From the IMG/VR virus record IMGVR_UViG_3300031088_000782, positions 96,001-160,000 of that record: a stretch of DNA of 64,000 bases; one strand, written 5' to 3'. Shown here piece after piece: positions 48,793-56,059 of this stretch (position 1 is the stretch's first letter; the number at the start of each line of letters is the position of its first letter). This DNA is from a virus (lineage: Duplodnaviria > Caudoviricetes). The notes beneath the pieces were generated by a model. The model did no database searches, was not told the origin of the DNA, and was given only the letters and a program-made list of their open reading frames with translations. The position numbers were made by a program, and so were the translations under genes.

Positions 48793-49133
48793 TGAAAACG
48801 TAACAACGACAAATCAAAGCAATTTGGTTTTGTAAGGTTTAAAAATGAATAACAGGTTGGTGCACGAGCCAAGGAAGAAAAAGTGATGACGCAATCGGAC
48901 GTTACTCTAGAAAAGAAAATCCGTGATTGACACTGTTGAAAGTGTGAAAACTTTCTGAACATTGTTGAAGTAAGGCCGGGAGGCAAAATTTCAATGATTA
49001 GGATGTGGATCGCCGCTCATGCGGACAAAAATGATTTTGGTTAATCATTCGTTCATAGTATAAATAAGTAACGCTATGAAATTGACGAATGATTAAATCT
49101 TCGTCAATGTTGCTTATTTCAGCATTGATATAT

Positions 49134-49206
49134 TCCCCTGTAGCTCAATTGGCAGAGCATTCGGCTGTTAACCGGAGGGTTCTTGGTTCAAGTCCAAGTG
49201 GGGGAG
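49134..49206 (+). tRNA. trnN: tRNA-Asn(GTT)
   Basis: Cloverleaf; CT-GTT-AA; U1-A72, G73. Confidence 0.95.
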
Positions 49207-49403
49207 CGCGGCTGAAAAATCATTTGGCCTTTATTAAATATATGCGAAATAATTGAAGCACCACGCAATGAAACTGTTCAAAATATTCCTTTTCGCAGGT
49301 TTATGATTTTGTTTTGAATAAGTCTTGTAAGATAATGATTTCTATGATTCAAGGTGGAACAAAGATAAATAATCTTTGCTTGATAATATTAATCATTATA
49401 TTT

Positions 49404-49475
49404 GCCCCTCTAGCTCAGAGGCAGAGCAACGGTCTTTTAAACCGTGGGTCGAGATTTCGAAATTCTCGGGGGGCA
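49404..49475 (+). tRNA. trnK: tRNA-Lys(TTT)
   Basis: Cloverleaf; CT-TTT-AA; U53.U61 mismatch. Confidence 0.9.
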
Positions 49476-49480
49476 CAATT

Positions 49481-49692
49481 GGGACTGCACACACTGTCGA
49501 TGTGAAGCGGTCCTGAGTTAAACCACTGATCTGCCATGTGTAGAATTCAGTATCTTTCTCCGTTGTATCGCAGTATGACGGAGAATGCTTATCGCTATCT
49601 GACAGTAGCGGTAATAGAAAACGAGTTATTGATGCACGTCTGTCAGCGTCATGGATAATCATTGCGACAATGACCGGCATGGATAGTCCGGT
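49481..49692 (+). ncRNA. unknown structured RNA
   Basis: Five or more hairpins and a 7-bp loop pseudoknot ctgacag/ctgtcag. Confidence 0.55.
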
Positions 49693-49709
49693 TAAAAACG
49701 TTTTCATAT

Positions 49710-49782
49710 TCCCTTATAGCTCAGTTGGCAGAGCGTTTGACTGTTAATCAAAATGTCCCTGGTTCGAGTCCAGGTGGGGGAG
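49710..49782 (+). tRNA. trnN: tRNA-Asn(GTT)
   Basis: Cloverleaf; CT-GTT-AA. Confidence 0.95.
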
Positions 49783-49863
49783 CACAGTGACAAAAATTGC
49801 TGTAACAATGCTCTAGAAGCGTTACGTAAATAATTGATAAAATATTCATCAATTATTTAATGT

Positions 49864-49937
49864 AGCTGGGTGGGGAAGTTAGGTATCCCGTCGTGTTCAT
49901 AACTCGAAGATCGTTGGTTCAAATCCAACCCTAGCCA
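49864..49937 (+). tRNA. trnM: tRNA-Met(CAT), initiator-like
   Basis: TT-CAT-AA; unpaired A1/C72; U.U in anticodon stem. Confidence 0.8.
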
Positions 49938-49967
49938 CTATTTTTAACAAATATTGTTGAAAAATAT

Positions 49968-50042
49968 CCAGATATAGGAAAGTTTGGTCATTCCGCCTAG
50001 TTAGGGGCTAGGAGATCGCAGGTTCGAATCCTGCTATCTGGA
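49968..50042 (+). tRNA. trnP: tRNA-Pro(AGG)
   Basis: CCAGATA/TATCTGG; TT-AGG-GG; A73. Confidence 0.92.
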
Positions 50043-50179
50043 CAAATGTTATAGAAGTATCATAAGCCATGAGAAAATATAACATTGATAAAAGTTGAAC
50101 ACCCTCGTAAAAATGTTTGCGAATATATTCTAGGCTAGTTTATATTGGGCTGAACGCGCATTTTCTTTTATCGCCTTAA

Positions 50180-50252
50180 TCCTCTATGGTGGAATGGTTT
50201 AACACTCTTGGCTCTTAACCTTGAGATCTAGGTTCGAATCCTAGTGGGGGAA
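50180..50252 (+). tRNA. atypical tRNA, CTT anticodon in a Gln-like body
   Basis: CT-CTT-AA; two U.U in anticodon stem; T arm as in the Gln tRNAs. Confidence 0.55.
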
Positions 50253-50254
50253 CT

Positions 50255-50327
50255 GTGGTCGTAGCTCAATTGGTAGAGCGTCTGCTTGTGGCGCAGATGG
50301 TTGGGGGTTCAAGTCCCCTCGATCACC
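50255..50327 (+). tRNA. trnH: tRNA-His(GTG), no encoded G-1
   Basis: TT-GTG-GC; C73; T at -1. Confidence 0.9.
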
Positions 50328-50346
50328 CTATGGGACGGCAATCCCT

Positions 50347-50485
50347 AGTGTTTTATCATCGGGTCTGTTTTGCCGAACAGAATAAGATGTAGCCAACACT
50401 TTAAACATGGCTCCCTAATGGTCTAGTTTGGTTAGGGCACATCCGCGTGGAGGGTGGGGCGTAGGTTCAAATCCTACTTAGGGAA
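50347..50485 (+). ncRNA. repeat unit 1: conserved stem motif + TCCCT..AGGGA tRNA-like element
   Basis: Motif 50347-50407; tRNA-like 50412-50485 with loop GC-GTG-GA and A73. Confidence 0.55.
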
Positions 50486-50521
50486 CGGTTTCGAAAGGAA
50501 CTACTGAAATGCGCAATTTCG

Positions 50522-50689
50522 AGTGGATAGTATCATTGGGTGCTGTTTATCTTAAATAGTTAAGCTGACTATGCAGGTGAGACAGTATAAGATGTAGTTA
50601 CCACTATAAACAAAACTCCCTGATAAGTCTCAAGAGGTAGAGCTGGCAATACGCGTCCGGTTGTGGGTTCAAGTCCCACTCATAGGGAA
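50522..50689 (+). ncRNA. repeat unit 2: conserved stem motif + degenerate tRNA-like element
   Basis: Motif 50522-50612; tRNA-like 50617-50689. Confidence 0.55.
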
Positions 50690-50707
50690 CAATTCTGAAA
50701 AGAATAT

Positions 50708-50780
<73 letters not shown>

Positions 50781-50803
50781 CTTGATTACAAAAGTAATCA
50801 TAT

Positions 50804-50874
50804 GCGGATATGGTGTAGTGGTAGCACAAGAGCTTCCAACCCTCTTGGTCAGAGTTCGATTCTTTGTGTCCGTG
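50804..50874 (+). tRNA. atypical Gly-like tRNA with a 9-nt anticodon loop
   Basis: AAGAG-CTTCCAACC-CTCTT; G73. Confidence 0.55.
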
Positions 50875-50967
50875 CTGAATATGCAAAAATATTCATAAAT
50901 TTTTAACAAATATAACCTTTGGGAAGTAATTAAGGTTCGATTCTGTCTGTTGTATTTGTTAAATTAT

Positions 50968-51040
50968 GGGGGTATGGCGCAATTGGTAGCGCATCTGCTT
51001 TGCAAGCAGAGGGTTACGGGTTCGAGTCCCGTTATCTCCA
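50968..51040 (+). tRNA. trnA: tRNA-Ala(TGC)
   Basis: G3.U70, A73; TT-TGC-AA. Confidence 0.95.
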
Positions 51041-51041
51041 C

Positions 51042-51116
51042 AGCTGGGTAGAGAAGTTCGGTTATCTCGTCAGGTTCATATCCTGAAGATCGTGGGTTCA
51101 AATCCCACCCTAGCCA
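51042..51116 (+). tRNA. trnM: tRNA-Met(CAT), initiator-like
   Basis: A1/C72 mismatch, A11-U24; TT-CAT-AT. Confidence 0.88.
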
Positions 51117-51214
51117 CAATCTAAATCACAGGATGATTTAGCGGATTCCAGGGGTAATTCGTTAGCGTTCCATTGAAAAATGGTAGACAAGATTCTAAAA
51201 AGCAGACCCAATAT

Positions 51215-51287
51215 GGCGGCAGTGGCAGACTGGTAATGCGCTTGACTGTGGCTCAAGTATATGCGGGTTCAATTCCCGTCTGTCGCC
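51215..51287 (+). tRNA. trnH: tRNA-His(GTG) with G-1
   Basis: CT-GTG-GC; G-1:C73. Confidence 0.93.
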
Positions 51288-51326
51288 CAAATTTTTATTA
51301 ATATTATAAAATATGTTAATAAATTT

Positions 51327-51400
51327 GGTCCTATAGCTCAGTTGGTTAGAGCATTACCTCGACACGGTAAAGGTCACTGGTTCGAATCCAGTTAGGATCA
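51327..51400 (+). tRNA. trnV: tRNA-Val(GAC)
   Basis: TC-GAC-AC (C33). Confidence 0.9.
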
Positions 51401-51442
51401 CGTATTGTTTAAATATTAATTAATATTTTAAATAATATCTAT

Positions 51443-51532
51443 GGAAGTGTGGTCGAGTCTGGCTTATGGCACCTGTTTTGAACACAGACGTAGCGTAAAA
51501 AACTACCGGGGGTTCGAATCCCTCCACTTCCG
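51443..51532 (+). tRNA. trnS: tRNA-Ser(TGA)
   Basis: Long variable arm; TT-TGA-AC; G73. Confidence 0.92.
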
Positions 51533-51642
51533 CTTTATACAAATAATAATTGTATAATTTTCACAATTTATTTGACAAAATAATTGACTAATGCTATATT
51601 TAAGTTAATAAATAAATTTGGTAATTAAATAGTGGAAAATAT

Positions 51643-51714
51643 TGTCCTATGGTGTAATCGGCAACACAATGGTTTCTGGTACCGTTATTCTAGGTTCGAG
51701 TCCTAGTAGGACAG
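51643..51714 (+). tRNA. trnQ: tRNA-Gln(CTG)
   Basis: U1-A72; TT-CTG-GT. Confidence 0.93.
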
Positions 51715-51748
51715 CTTAGAGGATAAAACCTCTTTAAAAATATTTTAT

Positions 51749-51820
51749 GCCTCTATAGCTCAAAGGAAGAGCATATGGTTTCTACCCATCAGGTTGGGGG
51801 TTCGAATCCCTCTAGAGGTG
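51749..51820 (+). tRNA. trnR: tRNA-Arg(TCT)
   Basis: TT-TCT-AC. Confidence 0.92.
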
Positions 51821-51874
51821 CTGAGAATAAAATCTCAAAAATTCAATAATATTTTTATAATATTATTGAAATAT

Positions 51875-51946
51875 GGCGGTGTGTCCGAAAGGTTTAGGTA
51901 ACAGTCTGCAAAACTGTGTATGCCGGTTCGAGTCCGGTCACCGCTT
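51875..51946 (+). tRNA. trnC: tRNA-Cys(GCA)
   Basis: CT-GCA-AA; U73. Confidence 0.93.
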
Positions 51947-52046
51947 CGAAGTTTGCCTGAAGCCAACTCAGCAAATGCTTGATAGGTAGCCCCTTGAATA
52001 GCGGCGGAATCGCGTTTTCGCTACTGAAGGATAACAAACTTCTCCA

Positions 52047-52119
52047 GCCTCCATATTTCTAATGGATAAGATACTCGGCTACGAACCGAATGATGTGGGT
52101 TCGAATCCCGCTGGAGGTA
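52047..52119 (+). tRNA. trnR: tRNA-Arg(ACG)
   Basis: CT-ACG-AA. Confidence 0.88.
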
Positions 52120-52239
52120 CTCACAGGCTGATTTTCCCAGCTTGTTAAAATAAATGGGATTAAGAAGGCGGGAACAAGATCTCCCGTTATGCTTATGATA
52201 AGGTCACTCGGACTTAATGCGCTGTTTGGCTTTATCTTT

Positions 52240-52313
52240 GGCTGTGTAGCTCAGTTGGTTAGAGCGTTGCCCTGTCACGGCAAAGGTCGCGGGTTCGAGT
52301 CCCGTCACGGTCG
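52240..52313 (+). tRNA. trnD: tRNA-Asp(GTC)
   Basis: CT-GTC-AC; G73. Confidence 0.95.
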
Positions 52314-52409
52314 CGTTTAAACAATATTTCCACAACATTGTTTAAATATTATTGAAATTTGACAAACATTTCATAAAATGCTATAATTTCAATATACAAC
52401 AAAATATAT

Positions 52410-52493
52410 GCATCAGTAAAGCGTAATTGGCAGCGCCGGTGACTGTAAATCATCTCTCTTCGGGGTCTGGGGGTTCAAGTCCCTCCTGATGCA
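52410..52493 (+). tRNA. trnY: tRNA-Tyr(GTA)
   Basis: CT-GTA-AA; variable arm. Confidence 0.88.
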
Positions 52494-52581
52494 CTTTGAT
52501 AAATGGTAAATAATATTTATCAAATCATTTGACAACATTAAACAAGTGTGATAGAATGAATAAAGAAAATTAAATAAATAT

Positions 52582-52656
52582 GGGGATGTAGTGTTTAACG
52601 GTTCAGCATATGAGTCTTCCAAACTTAGGGTGCGGGTTCGAATCCCGTCATCCCCT
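52582..52656 (+). tRNA. trnG: tRNA-Gly(TCC)
   Basis: CT-TCC-AA; U73. Confidence 0.92.
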
Positions 52657-52739
52657 CGCTTAATTAAATTTGACAATTATTCTTCAATATGATAGAATAA
52701 TTATTGAAATTAGTTAGTTAAAGAAAAAATGAATAGTAT

Positions 52740-52812
52740 GCCCCATTGGAGTAGTGGTTATCTCACCTGACTTTCAATCAGGAGAAGGCCGGATCGTAAC
52801 CGGCATGGGGTA
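52740..52812 (+). tRNA. trnE: tRNA-Glu(TTC)
   Basis: CT-TTC-AA; T loop ATCGTAA. Confidence 0.9.
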
Positions 52813-52949
52813 CTAAATCTTAGAGTAAAATCTAAGTATTGAATAAAATTATAGAATTTTATTCAATAGGCTTTAAATAGCCCAAGTTGATATAAGCAAA
52901 CTTGACTACCTCGGGTGTAACGACCTTGAAAAGAAACGGGCTTATAAAT

Positions 52950-53043
52950 GGAAGTGTGGCTGAGCTAGGTTTAAAGCATCTCACTGCTAATGAGACATAC
53001 CTCACAAAATGAGGTATCGCAGGTTCGAATCCTGTCACTTCCG
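52950..53043 (+). tRNA. trnS: tRNA-Ser(GCT)
   Basis: CT-GCT-AA; long variable arm. Confidence 0.93.
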
Positions 53044-53209
53044 CTGAAATGTAGATTATTACTGAAATTAATTGAATAAGTCGACAATTCAATTAATAAA
53101 GGTTGATCACAATTTATTCATTTTGGTCGCTCCTTGATGAATTTGTGAAATAATAGATCGTCAGCTTAGGCGGCTGAAGGACTAGTGAGACCCTAGCATT
53201 TCAACATTT

Positions 53210-53282
53210 GCGAAAGTAACTCAATTGGTAGAGTTTCTGACTTCCAATCAGAATGTTGCGGGTTCAAGTCCCGTCTTTCGCT
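53210..53282 (+). tRNA. trnG: tRNA-Gly(TCC)
   Basis: CT-TCC-AA; U73. Confidence 0.95.
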
Positions 53283-53331
53283 CAAAAATTTCATAATAAT
53301 TAAAATATTTTTATAAAACTTTAAAAATGAG

Positions 53332-53404
53332 TTGACAACGAAATTTAGTTGTGTTAGTATTATATATATAAGCAACACAGCGGATTGAAAAGTTAATAGT
53401 GGAA
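53332..53404 (+). promoter_or_regulatory. sigma-A promoter + boxA-like leader
   Basis: TTGACA-17-TAGTAT; AACACAGCGGATTGAAAAGTTAATAGTGGAA at 53374-53404. Confidence 0.75.
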
Positions 53405-53410
53405 AATTTT

Positions 53411-53486
53411 AGGAATAATATGTTTTACTTTATATTTAAAAGTAAAGTATTAGGGTATATTTTAGGTTCGATTCCTATTATTCCTA
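53411..53486 (+). ncRNA. D-armless tRNA-like element
   Basis: AGGAATA/TATTCCT acceptor, T arm, one long central hairpin. Confidence 0.45.
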
Positions 53487-53493
53487 CGAGGAT

Positions 53494-53566
53494 CGAAAAG
53501 TCATGGGTTCGATTCCCATATAGTCCACATATTCATGGGCTATTGATGAAATGGTATCATATTTTG
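53494..53566 (+). ncRNA. circularly permuted tRNA-like RNA P1 (G3.U70, A73)
   Basis: CGAAA-AGTC-T arm-ATAGTCC-A-linker-GGGCTAT-D arm-TTTTG. Confidence 0.75.
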
Positions 53567-53628
53567 ACAGGACCGTGAAACTCGGCAAACTTAGTGAGAG
53601 GCTAAGGAAATAGATGCAAATTCTTTAT

Positions 53629-53703
53629 GGGGGTATGGCGCAATCTGGTTAGCGCATTTCGCTGATAACGAAAAGGTTCCTGGTTCAAATCCAGGTGCCC
53701 CTA
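53629..53703 (+). tRNA. trnI: tRNA-Ile(GAT)
   Basis: CT-GAT-AA. Confidence 0.93.
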
Positions 53704-53736
53704 CGAAACAAAGCTTCGCAACTTTGTTTAAATATT

Positions 53737-53909
53737 GGCTAAATGGTGTACAACATTTAGTTCAAACTATCAAAATAGACAGATCATCTATAAATGGTAG
53801 AATAAGTTTTGACATTCCAGGAGTCAGGCGGTTGCAGGTTCGAGTCCTGTCAGTTAGCACACAAGTTAATTGTAACTCAATAGGTTAGAGTTCCTGATGA
53901 ATGGTTTGT
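53737..53909 (+). ncRNA. permuted tRNA-like RNA P2 (YrlA-like architecture)
   Basis: 5' GGCTAAA hairpin; core 53824-53897 T arm, loop-closed acceptor, D arm; TCAGG/CCTGA stem. Confidence 0.78.
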
Positions 53910-53920
53910 TTAGAACTTTT

Positions 53921-53994
53921 GGCTTGCTATCCCAATTGGTAGAGGAAACGGATTCAAAACCCGTTCAGTCTGAGTTCGAGTCTCAGGTAAGCTA
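53921..53994 (+). tRNA. trnL: tRNA-Leu(CAA), short variable loop
   Basis: TT-CAA-AA; resembles the actinobacterial short-arm Leu(CAA) type. Confidence 0.92.
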
Positions 53995-53998
53995 CTTT

Positions 53999-54168
53999 GG
54001 CTAAACACGGTACCATGTTTAGTTCAACCCATTGGTCTAGAACAATGGAAGATAGTTATTATTAGATAATTGATTTTAGAGATCTGGGTTCAAGTCCCGG
54101 TGGCTCCCGCATGGGGGTTATGGAATAATTGGGAAATTCGCTTCATGAAATATTTGATAATAATTATT
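53999..54168 (+). ncRNA. permuted tRNA-like RNA P3 (same family as P2)
   Basis: 5' GGCTAAA hairpin; T arm 54084-54100, acceptor closed by GCAT, D arm; about 17-bp flanking stem. Confidence 0.75.
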
Positions 54169-54169
54169 A

Positions 54170-54243
54170 CAGGGCATAGGATAACTTGGCATTCCGTCTG
54201 GTTTGGGTCCAGAAGATTAGGGGTTCAAATCCCCTTGCCCTGA
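54170..54243 (+). tRNA. trnP: tRNA-Pro(TGG)
   Basis: C1-G72; TT-TGG-GT. Confidence 0.92.
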
Positions 54244-54347
54244 CGAAATTTTTTTGGAATTTTTTTAAAATCCTTGTATTTTAGGGATTTTTGAACGATC
54301 TTTTTGATAAAACAATTGTAAGAAGATTTATCGAAAAGGATTAAAAA

Positions 54348-55421
54348 ATGAAAAGTGAAATTGATTTTTCTTGGCAAGATTTAAGTGATGAAGAATTTAT
54401 AAATCATTCTAAAAATTTTACTTCTAAAGAAAAATTTGCTCAATCCTATGGTTACAAGAAATTGAGCAAAAAACTCAATAAAAGATTTAAAAAACTTGGA
54501 ATTGATTATAAAAAGATTATTGAACCTATCTCAAAAGAAGAGTTTAAAAAGATTACTGAAGAATCGAAGTCTATTACAGAAGTGATAGATAAAATGATAG
54601 ATAATACTTCAAGCCGTAGAGCATACTATAATTTTGTTAAAAAATTGTCGAGAGATTATAATATTCCTTTGCCAAAATTTAATTACACTGAATCTGCGCG
54701 TAGGGCGTTTAAAACAGTAACGATTCCCGATGAAGAATATTTTGCTAAAAACACTCTTCGACAAGGACCAGCGACACGAAGACGTCTTATTAGAATGGGC
54801 TGGGAATATAAATGCTCTATCCCCGAATGTTTTCTTTCGCAAGATGTAGAAATTGTTGGAGAACAAGTTTTTTGGGTTGGACAATTATTAACCTTACAGG
54901 TAGATCATATTGATGGTGATCATTTAAATAATGAGTTGTCTAATTTGAGATTTCTTTGTCCAAATTGTCATTCAGCTTCTTCTACTTATGCCGGAAGAAA
55001 TAAAGTTTTCAACAATTCTTCTAAAAAGACAGAGAAAACTAATTCGTTAAATGGAAAGATAAAGTATAAGAAGAAGCCTGACAATCTTTGCGAATGTGGA
55101 ACAAAAATTTCAAGAAAAAGTAATTCTTGTATAAAATGCGAAGCTTCTAATAGAACAGGTGTATATAAGACAGATTATCCTCCACTTTCTGAAATGATTG
55201 CTAAAATTAAAGAATTAGGATATAGTGCTTATGCTAAGGAATTGGGTGTTTCTGATAATGGTATTCGGAAACATTTAAGAAGAAATAATATAAATCCTTT
55301 GCCTAAGAAAATTCATGTTTTTATTGTTAAAACTTGTATTGATTGTAATAATGAGATAAGTAACAAAACTGCTGTTCGTTGTCCTAAATGTGCTGTTGAT
55401 TTCAGGTATTATAGACAATGA
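54348..55421 (+). CDS. HNH homing endonuclease with C-terminal Zn fingers
   Basis: YKCSIPEC..LQVDHIDGDHLNNELSNLRFLCPNCHS; additional CxC/CxxC pairs. Confidence 0.88.
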   Translation: MKSEIDFSWQDLSDEEFINHSKNFTSKEKFAQSYGYKKLSKKLNKRFKKLGIDYKKIIEPISKEEFKKITEESKSITEVIDKMIDNTSSRRAYYNFVKKLSRDYNIPLPKFNYTESARRAFKTVTIPDEEYFAKNTLRQGPATRRRLIRMGWEYKCSIPECFLSQDVEIVGEQVFWVGQLLTLQVDHIDGDHLNNELSNLRFLCPNCHSASSTYAGRNKVFNNSSKKTEKTNSLNGKIKYKKKPDNLCECGTKISRKSNSCIKCEASNRTGVYKTDYPPLSEMIAKIKELGYSAYAKELGVSDNGIRKHLRRNNINPLPKKIHVFIVKTCIDCNNEISNKTAVRCPKCAVDFRYYRQ

Positions 55422-55425
55422 TTAT

Positions 55426-55499
55426 TCCCCGGTGCTATGCTGGCATTGGCGACTGAGCTTTGGACTCAGGAGGCGTAGGTTCGATTCCTACTCGGGGAG
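55426..55499 (+). tRNA. trnQ: tRNA-Gln(TTG)
   Basis: CT-TTG-GA; weak D arm. Confidence 0.82.
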
Positions 55500-55553
55500 C
55501 GTTATAAAAATGATCAACAAGTTTTAAAAAATTTTTATAATAAATAATTTTAC

Positions 55554-55638
55554 GCGCATGTGATGAAATTGGTAAACATGACGGTCTAAGAAGCCGTTGC
55601 TCGTAAAGAGTTTGGAGGTTCAAGTCCTCTCATGCGCA
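55554..55638 (+). tRNA. trnL: tRNA-Leu(AAG)
   Basis: CT-AAG-AA; variable arm; A73. Confidence 0.92.
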
Positions 55639-55684
55639 CAAAATATTCTTGAAATATTTCATTAATATTTTTAAAATTTTTAAA

Positions 55685-55830
55685 CAATCAGTGGCGAAAT
55701 ATATTGGGATACGCGGCTGTTTAGTAGCCTAAGTTTTTATAAATATGGCGAAACACGGCTATACGGTGAAACTTGCTGGGAAACTTTCAAGTGGCACTTA
55801 TGTGTGTAGGTTCGAGTCCTACCTGATTGT
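55685..55830 (+). pseudogene. 146-nt Leu-like tRNA with an insert, possible truncated group I intron
   Basis: CAATCAG/CTGATTG acceptor, Leu-type D arm, T arm; insert contains GGTGAAACTTGCTGGGAAAC. Confidence 0.5.
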
Positions 55831-55850
55831 TTAATTGTTCCACAATGAAC

Positions 55851-55929
55851 TTGACAAATAGTTGAATATGTTATATAATTATTTGTATAAGTTTGAATAA
55901 AACTTTTGTTGTTTGAAATTTGAATAGTG
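55851..55929 (+). promoter_or_regulatory. sigma-A promoter + rrn boxA-like leader
   Basis: TTGACA-17-TATAAT; TGTTGTTTGAAATTTGAATAGTG at 55907-55929. Confidence 0.7.
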
Positions 55930-56059
55930 AAAAGTTTAGCATACCGGAATGATTGGTCCTGATAAATATTGTTACATGTAGTTAGTTTGTATAATATTTA
56001 TGGAAAGTGTAACAAATCCGAAGGGTAGGTTGGGAAACCTTTATGCGCACATCCCATTA

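Noticed and set aside
50911-50960. Lone T-loop-like GGTTCGATTC (similar ones near 57219 and 59860)
   Set aside because: No convincing acceptor or D arm pairing; probably tRNA debris.
53125-53170. Hammerhead-like core TTGATGA..GAAA..TC
   Set aside because: Non-consensus core, and stems I-III are only 2-3 bp.
53894-53910. CTGATGA at the end of P2 as a hammerhead core
   Set aside because: No following stem II-GAAA; the bases are explained by the CCTGA stem.
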